This document shows, one piece after another, positions 35,681 to 46,746 of a stretch of 64,000 bases of DNA. The notes below the pieces were generated by a model. That model had not been told where the DNA came from. It ran no database searches and saw only the letters and a list, made by a program, of their open reading frames with translations. The DNA is taken from NCBI GenBank assembly GCA_963818965.1, contig CAWFUG010000009.1, positions 32,001 through 96,000 on the forward strand. The letters are read 5' to 3'. This DNA comes from an uncultured Verrucomicrobiae bacterium. Its GTDB lineage: Bacteria > Chlamydiota > Chlamydiia > Chlamydiales > Rhabdochlamydiaceae. The number at the start of each line of letters is the position of its first letter. Position 1 is the first letter of the stretch. A program made the translations under genes and the position numbers.

Positions 35681-38518
35681 ATGTCGTGGAACACCTTGAA
35701 ATCGTTGGGAAAAGAGAAAAAATATTCCTACTATTCCCTTCCGGCTCTCCAGGAAGCACTAGGAGTTAAGATCGATAGGCTACCCATTTCGATCCGGATC
35801 ATGCTCGAATCCCTCTTGCGCAACTGCGACGGCAAGCGCGTGCGCGAAGAAGATGTCAAGCGGCTAGCGCACTGGAATCCCCAAAAACCCGACAGCGGAG
35901 ATGTGCCCTTCGTCGTCTCGCGTGTCATCCTTCAAGACTTTACAGGAGTGCCCCTTCTCGTCGACCTCGCGGCGATGCGCGATGGCGCAGCTTCTCAAAA
36001 GGCCAATCCCAAAAAAGTGGAGCCGGTCGTCCCCGTCGATCTCATCATCGACCATTCCGTCCAGGTCGATCGCTCCGGGACCAAAGACGCCTTTTTATTC
36101 AATTTAGAGATCGAATTTCAAAGGAATAAGGAGCGCTATGAGTTCCTCAATTGGGGAGAAAAGGCGTTTGAGACCTTCAAAGTAGTCCCTCCGGGAATCG
36201 GCATCTGCCATCAGGTCAATTTAGAATACTTGGGAGAGGTTGTCACAGAATCCAAAGAAACAGCGCTTCTCTATTTCGATACGCTCGTCGGTACCGATTC
36301 ACATACGACGATGATCAATGGCCTTGGGATCTTGGGTTGGGGCGTCGGAGGGATCGAGGCGGAATCGGCGATGCTCGGGCAGCCCTATTTTTTCCAGACG
36401 CCAGAAGTGATCGGTGTCCATCTGACGGGAAAGCTCAATGAAGGAGTGACGGCAACAGATCTCACGTTGCGCATCACAGAGCTCTTGCGCAAAGAAAAAG
36501 TCGTCGGAAAATTCGTCGAATTCTTCGGAGAGGGAGCCGAGACTTTAAGCGTCGCTGATCGCGCGACCATTGGAAACATGGCTCCGGAATACGGCGCGAC
36601 GATCGGCTTTTTCCCGGCCGACGAAAAGACTTTACAGTACCTCGCGATGACAGGACGTTCTTCTGAGCACATCGCTTTAGTTAAGGAGTATCTAGAAGCG
36701 CAAAAGATGTTCGGCATCCCCAAAAAAGGAAGCGTCGACTTTACTAAAGAGGTCTCACTCGATTTAAAGACGATCCAGCCTTGTGTCTCTGGCCCCAAAC
36801 GCCCACAAGATCGAGTCGATCTGCGTCAATTAAAAGAGCGATTCGACCACCTCTTTAATGCCCCTGTACCTGAAGGCGGCTACGGAAAAACCCACCAAGA
36901 GCGGAAACGACCTGTCGTCGTCCATTCAGAAGGGACATTTCATCCCTCGCAATCCCACATCAACGGAGGAACAAAGACCCTCCCTCCTGACACAGCAGCG
37001 CTCTGGAGCGAAGATGAGATGGTCAACAATCGCCCGATGACAGATGAAGTGATCAATCCCGGTTATACGCAGCACCATTCCAGCGATTTCGTTCTCGATC
37101 ACGGCTCCGTCGTCATTGCCGCAATCACCAGTTGTACCAATACGAGTAACCCCAGCGTCATGCTCGCAGCGGGACTTTTGGCCAAAAAGGCAGTGGAAAA
37201 GGGGCTATCGATCCATCCGCGGATCAAGACGAGTCTCGCACCAGGATCCCGCGTCGTGACCGATTATCTCAACCAGACGGGGTTGCAAAAATACCTCGAT
37301 GCCCTCGGCTTTCAACTCGTCGCCTACGGCTGCACCACCTGTATCGGTAACAGCGGCCCTTTGGACGAGAGCATCGAAAAAGCGATTAAAGACAACGACC
37401 TCATCGTCGCAAGCGTCCTCAGCGGCAATCGGAACTTCGAAGCGCGGATTCACGGCGCTGTCAAGGCCAACTTCCTCATGTCGCCCCCACTCGTCGTTGC
37501 GTTCGCATTGGCAGGGAGAATCGACATCGACCTCGATAAAGAACCCCTTGGCTTTAATAAAGAAGGAAAACCCGTCTACCTCAAAGAGATCTGGCCGACA
37601 AATGAAGAGATTCACACCGTCGTTACTGCGGGGGTAACCCCAAAGATGTTTAAAGAGCGCTATGCCCATGTCACGACAGACAACCCCCTCTGGAGCCAGA
37701 TTGAAGTCAAAGGGGCAGAGCGTTACCAATGGGATCCGATGAGCACCTACATCCAATGCCCTCCCTTTTTCGATGACTTCTCCAAAGAGCTCCCCAAGAG
37801 AAAAGAGCTCACTAAAATGCGCCCTCTCGCTCTCTTTGGCGACTCGATCACGACGGACCACATCTCCCCTGCAGGCGCCTTTAAGGCAGATACCCCCGCT
37901 GGGAAATACTTGATCGAACTCGGCATCAAAGAACCCGATTTCAACAGCTACGGCAGCCGTAGAGGCAACCACCATGTCATGATGCGCGGCACCTTTGCCA
38001 ACGTCCGGATCCGCAACCTCATGGTTCCTGGCAAAGAAGGAGGCATCACTCGCCTCATGCCAGAAGGGAGAGAAATGCCCATCTTCGACGCCTGTGGTGT
38101 CTACGCAGAGCGAAACGTCCCTCTGATCATCTTCGCAGGAAAGGACTACGGGATGGGGAGCTCGCGCGACTGGGCTGCCAAAGGGACAGCGCTCCTCGGC
38201 GTGCGCGCTGTCGTCGCCCAGAGCTTCGAAAGGATCCACCGCAGCAACCTCGTCGGTATGGGCGTCTTGCCTCTGCAGTTCCCCAAAGAGGATCAAAGCT
38301 TCGAAACGCTTGGGATTAAGGGAGATGAGATCTTTTCTCTCAAGGGCTTAGAGGGAACCCTCAAGCCTCATCAAGAGGTTATCCTAGAAATCGACCGCGG
38401 CGGGGGTAAAATCGAGCACGTTCCCCTCATTGCCCGCCTCGACACCCCCATCGATATCGAGTACTACCTGCACGGAGGAATCCTCCCTTATGTCCTTCGG
38501 CAGCTGCTGGGAACGTAA
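35681..38518 (+). CDS. acnA: Aconitate hydratase A
   Basis: [48 protein letters not shown]. Confidence 0.97.
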   Translation: MSWNTLKSLGKEKKYSYYSLPALQEALGVKIDRLPISIRIMLESLLRNCDGKRVREEDVKRLAHWNPQKPDSGDVPFVVSRVILQDFTGVPLLVDLAAMRDGAASQKANPKKVEPVVPVDLIIDHSVQVDRSGTKDAFLFNLEIEFQRNKERYEFLNWGEKAFETFKVVPPGIGICHQVNLEYLGEVVTESKETALLYFDTLVGTDSHTTMINGLGILGWGVGGIEAESAMLGQPYFFQTPEVIGVHLTGKLNEGVTATDLTLRITELLRKEKVVGKFVEFFGEGAETLSVADRATIGNMAPEYGATIGFFPADEKTLQYLAMTGRSSEHIALVKEYLEAQKMFGIPKKGSVDFTKEVSLDLKTIQPCVSGPKRPQDRVDLRQLKERFDHLFNAPVPEGGYGKTHQERKRPVVVHSEGTFHPSQSHINGGTKTLPPDTAALWSEDEMVNNRPMTDEVINPGYTQHHSSDFVLDHGSVVIAAITSCTNTSNPSVMLAAGLLAKKAVEKGLSIHPRIKTSLAPGSRVVTDYLNQTGLQKYLDALGFQLVAYGCTTCIGNSGPLDESIEKAIKDNDLIVASVLSGNRNFEARIHGAVKANFLMSPPLVVAFALAGRIDIDLDKEPLGFNKEGKPVYLKEIWPTNEEIHTVVTAGVTPKMFKERYAHVTTDNPLWSQIEVKGAERYQWDPMSTYIQCPPFFDDFSKELPKRKELTKMRPLALFGDSITTDHISPAGAFKADTPAGKYLIELGIKEPDFNSYGSRRGNHHVMMRGTFANVRIRNLMVPGKEGGITRLMPEGREMPIFDACGVYAERNVPLIIFAGKDYGMGSSRDWAAKGTALLGVRAVVAQSFERIHRSNLVGMGVLPLQFPKEDQSFETLGIKGDEIFSLKGLEGTLKPHQEVILEIDRGGGKIEHVPLIARLDTPIDIEYYLHGGILPYVLRQLLGT

Positions 38519-38606
38519 AATCTCTTTGCAGATTATTGCTCTGGCTCGCTATAATCCGCGTCACTTTCAATGCTACGCCCTTACAACCTAAGGGCAGCAC
38601 ACACAT

Positions 38607-38689
38607 GCCGGTGTGGCGGAATGGTAGACGCGGTAGATTCAAAATCTACTTCTAGCAATAGAGTGCTGGTTCGAGTCCAGTCACCGGTA
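38607..38689 (+). tRNA. tRNA-Leu (anticodon CAA)
   Basis: GCCGGTGTGGCGGAATGGTAGACGCGGTAGATT-CAA-AATCTAC...GGTTCGAGTCC...CACCGGTA, with a long variable arm. Confidence 0.95.
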
Positions 38690-38922
38690 TTCTCCCTCGA
38701 TGGGATTCAAATCCCAGATTTTCATCACCTTCGTTTTCAGCTCCATAATAACCCAAGTTCTTGATAATCAAGGTTTTGTGCTTAAAATGCTGATTTTTGC
38801 AAAAAAGCAATGTTTTAAACCCCTGTTTTGTTTCTGTTTTTAATAAAGATTGTTTGATATTTAATTGCATTGTGTTAAAATTAGTATAAGATTTAATGCA
38901 TTAAGTTAATTACAGGTTATTT

Positions 38923-39837
38923 ATGTCTTGTACGTTTGGTCTCAATAAAAATGAGCAGTTTTTCTTCGTAAAGTTTCTGAATGGGGAAATGGGTCGACTA
39001 GAGCAGAAGGATTTTAGAAAATTGAGCGGTCCACAAGATCGTAAGTTTGTGTCGGAGGCTTTTGATAAAATAAACAGTATCTTGGACGACAATGTGCAGC
39101 GTTTGCTGCAGCCAGATCCAAAGCTTGGTTATGATGGTGTAGCAAAGGTGATAACGATGCTAGCTCCACAATCCGGGACTATAGCCGAAACGGTGTTTGA
39201 TCAAATGGTCAATGGTCAAGAGCAAGGCGTCGGGAATCGGATGGATAGTTTCTTTTCTAGCGGGATAGGAACTAACGCCCTGGTTACAACACGGGATGCT
39301 ATCCAGAAGAAGATCCCACTAACGCAAACCACAACTACGACGACAACGACGACGACAACAGTTCCCAAAGCTCGAAGAACAGAAGATGTGCCGTTACAAG
39401 AAGAGACCCACTTTATTATTCTCCGCGAGAATGATATGGATCAATTTAGCTTCTTGATCGAACGCTTAGGAAAACTGCACACCCACATAACAAGGGCTTG
39501 TGACGATGCGAAAGAAAGCCCACAGTTTGTGGCTTCTCAACTTCGCACCATAAAAGAATTAGATCAGCTGATTCGAAACTTGGTCAACGCACAAAGTGAC
39601 GAAAGGAAAGTAAAGCTCCCTCTTCGGCTACAAGAGTACATTAGCGCAGTGGAGGCTAATGTTAAGGAATGCGTTGAAGACCTTGACTCACGCCAAGAGT
39701 TTGAGATAGTAAGCGAGCACCCTTCGGAACTTAATACTTTATTATTACTTTTAGGCGAATCGAATGTAATTATGCAGCAAGTGATACAGCTCATAGATCT
39801 GTTGCGCAAACGAGATGAGTTAGGTGTGTCGCAATAG
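38923..39837 (+). CDS. Hypothetical helical protein with poly-Thr tract (effector-like)
   Basis: 304-aa ORF with AT-rich upstream DNA and a poly-Thr linker; no family recognised. Confidence 0.6.
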   Translation: MSCTFGLNKNEQFFFVKFLNGEMGRLEQKDFRKLSGPQDRKFVSEAFDKINSILDDNVQRLLQPDPKLGYDGVAKVITMLAPQSGTIAETVFDQMVNGQEQGVGNRMDSFFSSGIGTNALVTTRDAIQKKIPLTQTTTTTTTTTTTVPKARRTEDVPLQEETHFIILRENDMDQFSFLIERLGKLHTHITRACDDAKESPQFVASQLRTIKELDQLIRNLVNAQSDERKVKLPLRLQEYISAVEANVKECVEDLDSRQEFEIVSEHPSELNTLLLLLGESNVIMQQVIQLIDLLRKRDELGVSQ

Positions 39838-39884
39838 ATTTGTTTTGTGTTTATTTTAATTTATATTAATTAAATGGTTGTTTT

Positions 39885-41783
39885 ATGAATGGTTTGTTAG
39901 ACAGTGTATACGGCCGTGAGATGTGTTGTTTCTTGCGTCATCTCCTCGAGAATGGAAAGGATGGAATGAATGATATTCAAGTTAATCATTTCCAAATTTT
40001 AGAGCACGAGCAACGTCTTGTCGCCACCGTCGCGCTTAATAAACTGAGTTCTTTGGTAAGGGGAGCGCCTACGCTGCAGGATCTGCACGACTATTTAGCT
40101 GAGGCGGAAGTTAAGGTTTTTGGGCCCTACCAGCGAGGAATGGATACGCTGTTGTACACCCAATTAAGGCAGAGCTGTACTGATAAAGAACTTCTATTCG
40201 CTCGGGGTATTGCCTTGTTAAGCGGCGGAGTTAGTCAGGATGGCTATATAGCCGGCAAGAAGCTCATGCAGCAGTTGGATACTCTAAGAGGACAAATTGA
40301 ACAACTGAAGCTAGAACCTCAGATAGAACAGCCTAAAGCGTCATTTGAAAGAGCAAAATCACTCGGGCTGAGTGAATCGAAAGCGGATCAGCTTCAGAAA
40401 CAAATCCAATCATTAAAACAAGTGTTATGCGCTATCGAGGATCTGTGCAAATACGAGCGAAATGGTTATGCGCGATGTTGTGTGAGCTTAATCCTTGAAC
40501 AACTCGAGATTTTGGAACGAGAGCACGGTTTGCAGTTACCTCTCAGTAACGGAGGGTCACAAGAAAGGGAACTTCTCTTTGAGGCTGGACCACAGTTGCT
40601 TGAATGTGCAGAAGCGCTACTTCAAGAAATAGCGGACTTAGCTGGCTCATCAGAAAAAAATCCTCTTGTTCAGATCCGTCAATCCGCTAACTATATGATG
40701 CTCCAGCTATGTGCGCTCAGTAAAGCTGTCGGCGCTGAATTCCAGCCGGAAAGGCAATTTTTGGATGTTCCTGCTATTTCACCACAAGTTGTGGAGCAGT
40801 TTCTAGGATCAGGTTCTGAGCACACAACAACAACTACTACAACGCAGCCATCGCCACCACTATCTAGAATACCAGTACCCTCTAGAGCATCACTCCCAGC
40901 AGCGCCCCCACCGCCTTCTAGGAGAACGCAAACAACAACTACGACGACCACAACGCAGCCCGCATCCCCATTACCACCTGCTAGAGGATCACTCCCAGCA
41001 GCGCCCCCACCGCCTTCTAGGAGAACGCAAACAACAACTACGACGACCACAGCACAGCCCGCATCCCCATTGCCACCTGCTAGAGCATCTCTCTCAGCAA
41101 CGCCCCCACCGCCCCCTAAGAGATCGCAGGTACCTCCTTCTAGGCCATCCTTTCGACCACCAGCACCTCCATCCCCTGAAACACCCGCAGAACCGCTCCA
41201 GCCCCTTAGACCGTCAAAGCATACACCGCATTTTAAAAAGCGTATCGTTGAGGCACAACACATCGAGCAACTCGTCTCTTGCAAGAAGCAGCTAAAAGAG
41301 CTGTGTGAGCAAATGGATGAGATCAATCAGGTAGAGGTGGCGCAGTTGCTCAAAAAGCTGTCTGAGCAGACAGATGAGGTAAATCCGTTAGAAATTGACC
41401 AACTTCAGTGTGAAGGGAGGGCTCTTTTTACCTATGCCTCCCTGTTGTACAAGTGGCTTGATCGATTCATTCCCAGTGATGAAGTAAATGATAGAGAGAT
41501 GAGACTTCACGAGAGCGATTGGGATTATATCTCTCAATTTAATGAAGAAAAAATGTTTGCAGTGGAACAACAGATTAGGAAAGAATTTTTTGGAAGCGAA
41601 AAGAGAATGGATGCTCTTCCTGTCTATGATTATGTGGAAATAAGAAATGATGATGATGACGATTTTAGCACTATGGTCTCTGTCAAGGAATTAAAAGAAG
41701 AAACTAGAGCTGCTATAGCTAAGACATTCAATTTATTAGAAAAAGAATTCTTTTCCTTTTTGCTTCCTTCCCATCAACAATAA
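39885..41783 (+). CDS. Hypothetical protein with coiled-coil-like regions and Pro/Thr-rich repeats (effector-like)
   Basis: 632-aa ORF with central PPPPSR/PLPPAR repeats. Confidence 0.65.
   Translation: MNGLLDSVYGREMCCFLRHLLENGKDGMNDIQVNHFQILEHEQRLVATVALNKLSSLVRGAPTLQDLHDYLAEAEVKVFGPYQRGMDTLLYTQLRQSCTDKELLFARGIALLSGGVSQDGYIAGKKLMQQLDTLRGQIEQLKLEPQIEQPKASFERAKSLGLSESKADQLQKQIQSLKQVLCAIEDLCKYERNGYARCCVSLILEQLEILEREHGLQLPLSNGGSQERELLFEAGPQLLECAEALLQEIADLAGSSEKNPLVQIRQSANYMMLQLCALSKAVGAEFQPERQFLDVPAISPQVVEQFLGSGSEHTTTTTTTQPSPPLSRIPVPSRASLPAAPPPPSRRTQTTTTTTTTQPASPLPPARGSLPAAPPPPSRRTQTTTTTTTAQPASPLPPARASLSATPPPPPKRSQVPPSRPSFRPPAPPSPETPAEPLQPLRPSKHTPHFKKRIVEAQHIEQLVSCKKQLKELCEQMDEINQVEVAQLLKKLSEQTDEVNPLEIDQLQCEGRALFTYASLLYKWLDRFIPSDEVNDREMRLHESDWDYISQFNEEKMFAVEQQIRKEFFGSEKRMDALPVYDYVEIRNDDDDDFSTMVSVKELKEETRAAIAKTFNLLEKEFFSFLLPSHQQ
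40882..41120 (+). repeat. 99-bp (33-aa) tandem repeat, about 2.4 copies
   Basis: Units start at 40882, 40981 and 41080 (RASLPAAPPPPSRRTQTTTTTTTTQPASPLPPA). Confidence 0.9.
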
Positions 41784-41795
41784 GCCTACCTAATA

Positions 41796-41834
41796 CCCAT
41801 GAGCTCGTGCTTAAAGCACAAGCTCATGGGTTTT
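41796..41834. terminator. Hairpin between convergent genes
   Basis: cccatgagctcgtgct-taa-agcacaagctcatggg followed by tttt. Confidence 0.7.
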
Positions 41835-43230
41835 CCTCATGTGCCAACCGCTTGTCCCACTCTGGCTTTTTAAAGAGCAGAATAACCGACGGCGCTACGC
41901 AGAACAGCACGATACTCAAAATCAGAAAAGAGACGTAAAAGAACGTACTTCCTGTCGCGATCTGCGTCGGGGGGAAGAATCCCACAAATAGAGTCGCTAT
42001 AGAGCCGATCAGCCCGAGTCCCGCTACGATCCAGACCCCTACGATCCCGCCGGGGATCTGATAGGCCCTCTTTACGCGTGGGTGCTTATAGCGCAGCTTA
42101 ATGACGGCGGCGAACATCAAGACGTACATGATGAGATACAGCTGGGCCAGGGTCGCATTTAAGATCCAATAGGCGCTGCTCACGTTTGGCATGACCACAA
42201 AGACGACGGAGAACAGGGTGACGATGATTGCCTGCGTAATCAGCAGGGCAACGGGCATCTGGTGGCGGTTGAGCTTGCGGAAGAGGGGAGGGAGGTCTCC
42301 ATTCTGGGCTGCGGCGAGAAGACCCTTGCTCGGCCCTGCAATCCAAGTACTTAGCGTCCCTAAGGCCCCAAATCCCAATAAAATGGCGAGGACCGGAGTG
42401 AGCCATCCCAGCCCATACGACTCGACAAAGACGGAAAAGGCCTGCAGAGACCCGGCGACGAGGCTGATCTGTTGTTGCGGGATGACGAGGGCAATCGCAA
42501 GCACCCCCAAAATATAGAGCCCCAGGATCAAAATAGCGGACAAGAGGATCGCCCTAGGAAAATTTTTCTGTGGGTTCTCTACATCGCGTGCATGGACAGC
42601 AGACATCTCCAGCCCACAGAGGGAGACCAATACCCCAGAGAAGAAGACGAGCTCTCCTGGAGAGTTCAGCTTCGGAATCAGGCTATCTAACGTGAAGGAG
42701 ATCTGGATCGGTTTCCCTGTAAAATACCACAGCACCCCTAATAAAATGATGAGCCCCCCGGGAATGAGGGTGCCGAAGATCACCCCAAACGAGCTAATCC
42801 ACCCTGAGGTGCGCATGCCGAAGAGGTTAGCGATCGTCGTCGCCCAAAAGAGGACGACGATGAAGCTCAATACATAGAGCGTGCTGTTCGTAAGCATCGG
42901 GTTAATGATGTAGGCGATCGTCCCTGCGATGAAGGAGATGAGAGCGGGGTAGTAGACGAGATTTTCCGCCCAGAGCAGCCACACAGCCAAAAAGCCGGTT
43001 CGGTGTCCAAACGCCTCTTTTACCCATACAAAGATCCCTCCCGTTTTGGGCCATCCCGTAGCGAGCTCTGCTGCGACCATAGAGACGGGGATAAAGAAGA
43101 GAAGAGCTGCAAGGGCAAAGAAAAAGAGCGATGCAAATCCATATTCTGCAATCGTCGGCCAATTGCGCACACTGCTAACGGCTGCGATGTTGATCATCGC
43201 TAGAGTAAAAACGCTGAGTTTTTTTGACAT
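41824..43230 (-). CDS. APC-superfamily amino acid antiporter (GadC/XasA-like)
   Basis: About 12 hydrophobic segments; AELATGWPKTGGIFVWVKEAFG, GLEMSAVHA..V.NPQKNFP. Confidence 0.88.
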   Translation of the reverse strand: MSKKLSVFTLAMINIAAVSSVRNWPTIAEYGFASLFFFALAALLFFIPVSMVAAELATGWPKTGGIFVWVKEAFGHRTGFLAVWLLWAENLVYYPALISFIAGTIAYIINPMLTNSTLYVLSFIVVLFWATTIANLFGMRTSGWISSFGVIFGTLIPGGLIILLGVLWYFTGKPIQISFTLDSLIPKLNSPGELVFFSGVLVSLCGLEMSAVHARDVENPQKNFPRAILLSAILILGLYILGVLAIALVIPQQQISLVAGSLQAFSVFVESYGLGWLTPVLAILLGFGALGTLSTWIAGPSKGLLAAAQNGDLPPLFRKLNRHQMPVALLITQAIIVTLFSVVFVVMPNVSSAYWILNATLAQLYLIMYVLMFAAVIKLRYKHPRVKRAYQIPGGIVGVWIVAGLGLIGSIATLFVGFFPPTQIATGSTFFYVSFLILSIVLFCVAPSVILLFKKPEWDKRLAHEENP

Positions 43231-43283
43231 AAGTTGGAGATTCTACAGGGTGCTACGCTTATTTTTCCATGAAAAAATCCACA

Positions 43284-43327
43284 AACCTATCCTAAAAATC
43301 GACCGAAACTTTTTATCGGGATAGGTT
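43284..43327. repeat. CCTATCC...GGATAGG palindromic element
   Basis: Near-identical to 19032-19077; same ends as 57406-57532. Confidence 0.75.
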
Positions 43328-43467
43328 CATAGCCTCACCTTAATCGAAGAACACCATTCTTGAGAACGGGTTTTTCATGGAGAGAGGGAAATATAGTTAT
43401 TTATAGCTAAGTATAATGGAATTCCTGTATACATGGTTAGAAATTGCTATAAATACCAGGTGTGACG

Positions 43468-44661
43468 ATGGATCCCATGGAAAACCCCTTTTCTCCCGGC
43501 GCTGGAACGCCACCCCCTGAACTGGTGGGGAGAGACTCTATCCTCGAAGAGGCGCGCATTTTACTAGGTCGGAGCAGGCAAAAGCGGTCTGCAAAGAGCA
43601 TGTTGCTCACAGGTCTTCGAGGAGTGGGCAAAACGGTCTTGTTGCATGAAATCAAGCGGTTGGCGGATGGATTTGATTACCGCAGCGTATTTATCGAAGC
43701 CTCTGAGAACAAGCCTTTGGCTGCTCTTTTGGCCCCGCATCTGCGCGGTCTGCTTTTTGAGTTAAACCGAGTTGCTGGCGCGGGAAACAAGGTCAAGCGC
43801 GCTCTCGTCGTCCTCAGGAGTTTTGTCGCTGGGATTAAACTAAGTGTGGGAGATTTTAGTCTCGGCCTAGACATCGAGCCGCAAAAAGGGTTAGCAGACA
43901 GTGGGGATTTGGAGATCGATCTCCCTAATCTCTTTACTGCGATTGGAGAGGCGGCAGAAGACCGCAAATGCGCCGTCGTCATTTTGATCGATGAGATTCA
44001 ATATTTGAATCAAAAGGAGTTGGGCGCGCTCATCATGTCGATGCATCAGATGCAACAGCTCCAGCTCCCCGTCGTTCTTTTAGGCGCAGGTCTACCCGTA
44101 TTGCCTGGGATGGCAGGAGAATCGAAATCGTACGCTGAGCGGTTATTCAGTTTCCCCGCTGTGGGAGTCTTATCGGAACAAGATGCGATCAGAGCCTTGA
44201 AAGAGCCTGCCTTGGCAAAACAAGTCATTTTTGAGCTTCCTGCGCTGGAGGAAATATTCAACCTGACAAAAGGATATCCCTATTTTCTACAAGTATGGGG
44301 ATACGAGACGTGGAACCTCGCGACTTCCAGCCCAATTACATTATCGACAGTCCAAAGGGCGACACTGCAGGCCATTCAGCGGCTAGACGCCGATTTTTTT
44401 AGAGTCCGTTTTGATCGACTGACTCAAGCGGAAAAGAATTTTTTACGCGCGATGGCTGAACTGGGATCAGGACCACAGCGCACTTCAGACGTCGCAGAAA
44501 AGTTAAGCGTGAAGGTTGCAGGGTTGAGCCCGGTACGGGCAGCGTTGATGCGGAAAGGAATGATTTATAGTCCGTCTCATGGAGATATTATGTTCACCGT
44601 GCCGCTCTTCGATCAGTTTATGATCCGTGCCATCCCTGAATTTTACACCTCGCGCGCTTAA
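43468..44661 (+). CDS. P-loop ATPase (AAA_16/ATPase_2-like) with C-terminal winged-helix-like region
   Basis: NPFSPGAG..PPELVGR, GLRGVGKT, ILIDEIQ, TKGYPYFLQ. Confidence 0.85.
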   Translation: MDPMENPFSPGAGTPPPELVGRDSILEEARILLGRSRQKRSAKSMLLTGLRGVGKTVLLHEIKRLADGFDYRSVFIEASENKPLAALLAPHLRGLLFELNRVAGAGNKVKRALVVLRSFVAGIKLSVGDFSLGLDIEPQKGLADSGDLEIDLPNLFTAIGEAAEDRKCAVVILIDEIQYLNQKELGALIMSMHQMQQLQLPVVLLGAGLPVLPGMAGESKSYAERLFSFPAVGVLSEQDAIRALKEPALAKQVIFELPALEEIFNLTKGYPYFLQVWGYETWNLATSSPITLSTVQRATLQAIQRLDADFFRVRFDRLTQAEKNFLRAMAELGSGPQRTSDVAEKLSVKVAGLSPVRAALMRKGMIYSPSHGDIMFTVPLFDQFMIRAIPEFYTSRA

Positions 44662-44670
44662 CGGTTTATC

Positions 44671-44869
44671 TATACCCCTTCCACCTCAATCGTACCCAAG
44701 AAAACCGAATGAAAAGTTCTCAAATTTCGAATCAAAGGGAGGGGGTAATATTGAATTAATATTAACCCCCTCCCTTTGATTCGAAATTTGAGGCTTTTAA
44801 TCGGTTTGCTTGTGGTTACGATTGAGGTGGAAGCACTATATACCCAACTTTTGAGTTCACTTAGGTATA
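44671..44869. mobile_element. ~170-bp TA-flanked palindromic MITE-like element plus an adjoining 31-bp mini-element
   Basis: Long inverted arms; a near-identical inverted copy lies at 52099-52268. Confidence 0.85.
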
Positions 44870-44915
44870 GAATCTCGGCTATTTTAGTTTTGGCTTGGAT
44901 TCGATTCCTGGGGCC

Positions 44916-46532
44916 TTAGATAGCGCTGGGGATAGTATGTGCTTCGGTCTCTATTTCATTGGTTAAGCAATGGGGCCCGCAATGGCAAATATTGAGACAG
45001 TTATGGGCTTGATCGAAGTTGGTCGGATCGCTCCCTTTTCTTCCCGTATAGTAAACAACAGTATTCTCAGATTGAGAATGGATGAACTCAGCAAAGACAT
45101 CCATGAGGATTTTGCCTAAACGCCCCGGTGCGCCCGCTGTAATGTAGTAATAATGTTCCGTTTTAGGTGAAAAGCCCGTTACAGCGTTCAGGAAGTTAAT
45201 GTTGTAAGAAGCATCGCATTCATCATCAGCATATCCAAAAAAGGCTCCTGGTGTGGGGATGACAATCAATCCAGCGGCAGCTAGCTGCTTTCGGACCGAT
45301 TCCATAGTACCTTTTAAGTTCCTAGAAAGTATGCGCGTTGTTTCAATTAATGATGCTAATTCAAATTCTTGAGATGAATTTAGTCCAAGTTTCTCTCTGT
45401 TTTTATATATTTCTTTCAATACTTTGTGAGAAAGCTCGTAATCTTGCAAGAATACAGAACCTCTGGGTCCAGGGCAAATAAATAGGTCGAGGTGATACCC
45501 GGGCTGTGGAATGAAATGCACGCTCTCTGGAGAGGCATCTAATTCGATGGGGAATATTTTTTTCTTCACGAACGACAATTCCGCTTGGTAGTGAGAGGCT
45601 GCTTTTCTGTCTATTTCTTCGGCGGTTCCCATTGTTTCGGTAGGATTGGTCGGTCTGTCTTTTTTCTGCCTATCTTCTTGTCTTTTTATTATTTTAGCTA
45701 TTTTTTCAATTGTATCGTCAGGTGTGTGCGCAATGAAATCTTCCGCCATTTTGTCGATGGTTGTGGGGATTTGTCCTTCGAGAAACCACTGGTTTAACAG
45801 ATCCCTTTTTTTAGCGTGGAACTGCTTTTCAGTATCGAGGCTTCGCGTATTGTGATCGATGGGCTCGAACCATCCTTCGGCACGCAAAGAGAGATGTGTT
45901 ATGATAGCTAAATCATCTCCTATAACCCATTGAGGGATGTTGTCTGCATTAGTGATGCGAAAACAATTGCCCCCTTCCAAGTAGGCCCGAGTTTCTCTGG
46001 TGATAGCAGGATCCACGATTTTGAGTGCCAGGGGCGCACTGCCTTCCGCTCCCACATTCCCTAAAATACTTTGGAAAAACGGATTTTTTGTGGCGAGAGC
46101 CACGTGATCCCGGAAAATTTTTATATGGTCGCTTAAAAGGGAGATTGCATTCTCATGAGAGGGGACGGAGTGGGTGACTAATACGTTTGAATTATCATTG
46201 ACGAGAAGCACATCGCGCGGGTAATAGCCCTCTGGAGTAGGAGAGACTTCAAACCCTTCCCTGTCTCCAATCTCGCTCATGTTTTCGAAAAATTCACAAC
46301 AAAAAGAGTTAACGAGAATCGCTCGTCCAGGATCCGTCTCTTTAGGAGGGCGGATGAGCAGTTTGATGATTTTCTTTCCAAAATCATGAGCTGTCGTATA
46401 GCTAAATCCTGAATCTGGTGGATGCGTCATCTCGGGCTGAAAGCTCTCTGCAAAGACCTCTTTTACTTCAGGAGCGGGATCCCATTCAGACATTGGGATA
46501 TGGCTTTTATTTAAACTTATTGTAGAAGACAT
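44916..46532 (-). CDS. Pentein (amidinotransferase/deiminase)-like protein, paralog 1
   Basis: YYPRD, YLEGGN, YHLDLF and GPHCLTNE in pentein catalytic order. Confidence 0.6.
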   Translation of the reverse strand: MSSTISLNKSHIPMSEWDPAPEVKEVFAESFQPEMTHPPDSGFSYTTAHDFGKKIIKLLIRPPKETDPGRAILVNSFCCEFFENMSEIGDREGFEVSPTPEGYYPRDVLLVNDNSNVLVTHSVPSHENAISLLSDHIKIFRDHVALATKNPFFQSILGNVGAEGSAPLALKIVDPAITRETRAYLEGGNCFRITNADNIPQWVIGDDLAIITHLSLRAEGWFEPIDHNTRSLDTEKQFHAKKRDLLNQWFLEGQIPTTIDKMAEDFIAHTPDDTIEKIAKIIKRQEDRQKKDRPTNPTETMGTAEEIDRKAASHYQAELSFVKKKIFPIELDASPESVHFIPQPGYHLDLFICPGPRGSVFLQDYELSHKVLKEIYKNREKLGLNSSQEFELASLIETTRILSRNLKGTMESVRKQLAAAGLIVIPTPGAFFGYADDECDASYNINFLNAVTGFSPKTEHYYYITAGAPGRLGKILMDVFAEFIHSQSENTVVYYTGRKGSDPTNFDQAHNCLNICHCGPHCLTNEIETEAHTIPSAI

Positions 46533-46670
46533 TTTATTATGTATATTGTTTATGGTTATACATAATATTATAATATTAATTATACATTTATTCAATTTCT
46601 TAATTAATATCAAATTAAAGAGCTTGTAATAAACGACTTATGACTGTTTTAGAGGGGCTCTATGTGTGAT

Positions 46671-46705
46671 AAAACCTGCTCTATGGGTCTCCATAGAGCA
46701 GGTTT
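46671..46705 (-). terminator. Intrinsic terminator
   Basis: aaacctgctctatgg-gtct-ccatagagcaggttt, a perfect 15-bp stem downstream of 46747-48363. Confidence 0.8.
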
Positions 46706-46746
46706 GGTCCTAGAAAGAGGTTATATCCCAGATCTTGCAGCTGGCT

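Noticed and set aside
37205..38296. 363-aa antisense ORF within acnA, and similar antisense ORFs in other housekeeping genes
   Set aside because: They overlap clear conserved genes entirely and show no recognisable motifs.
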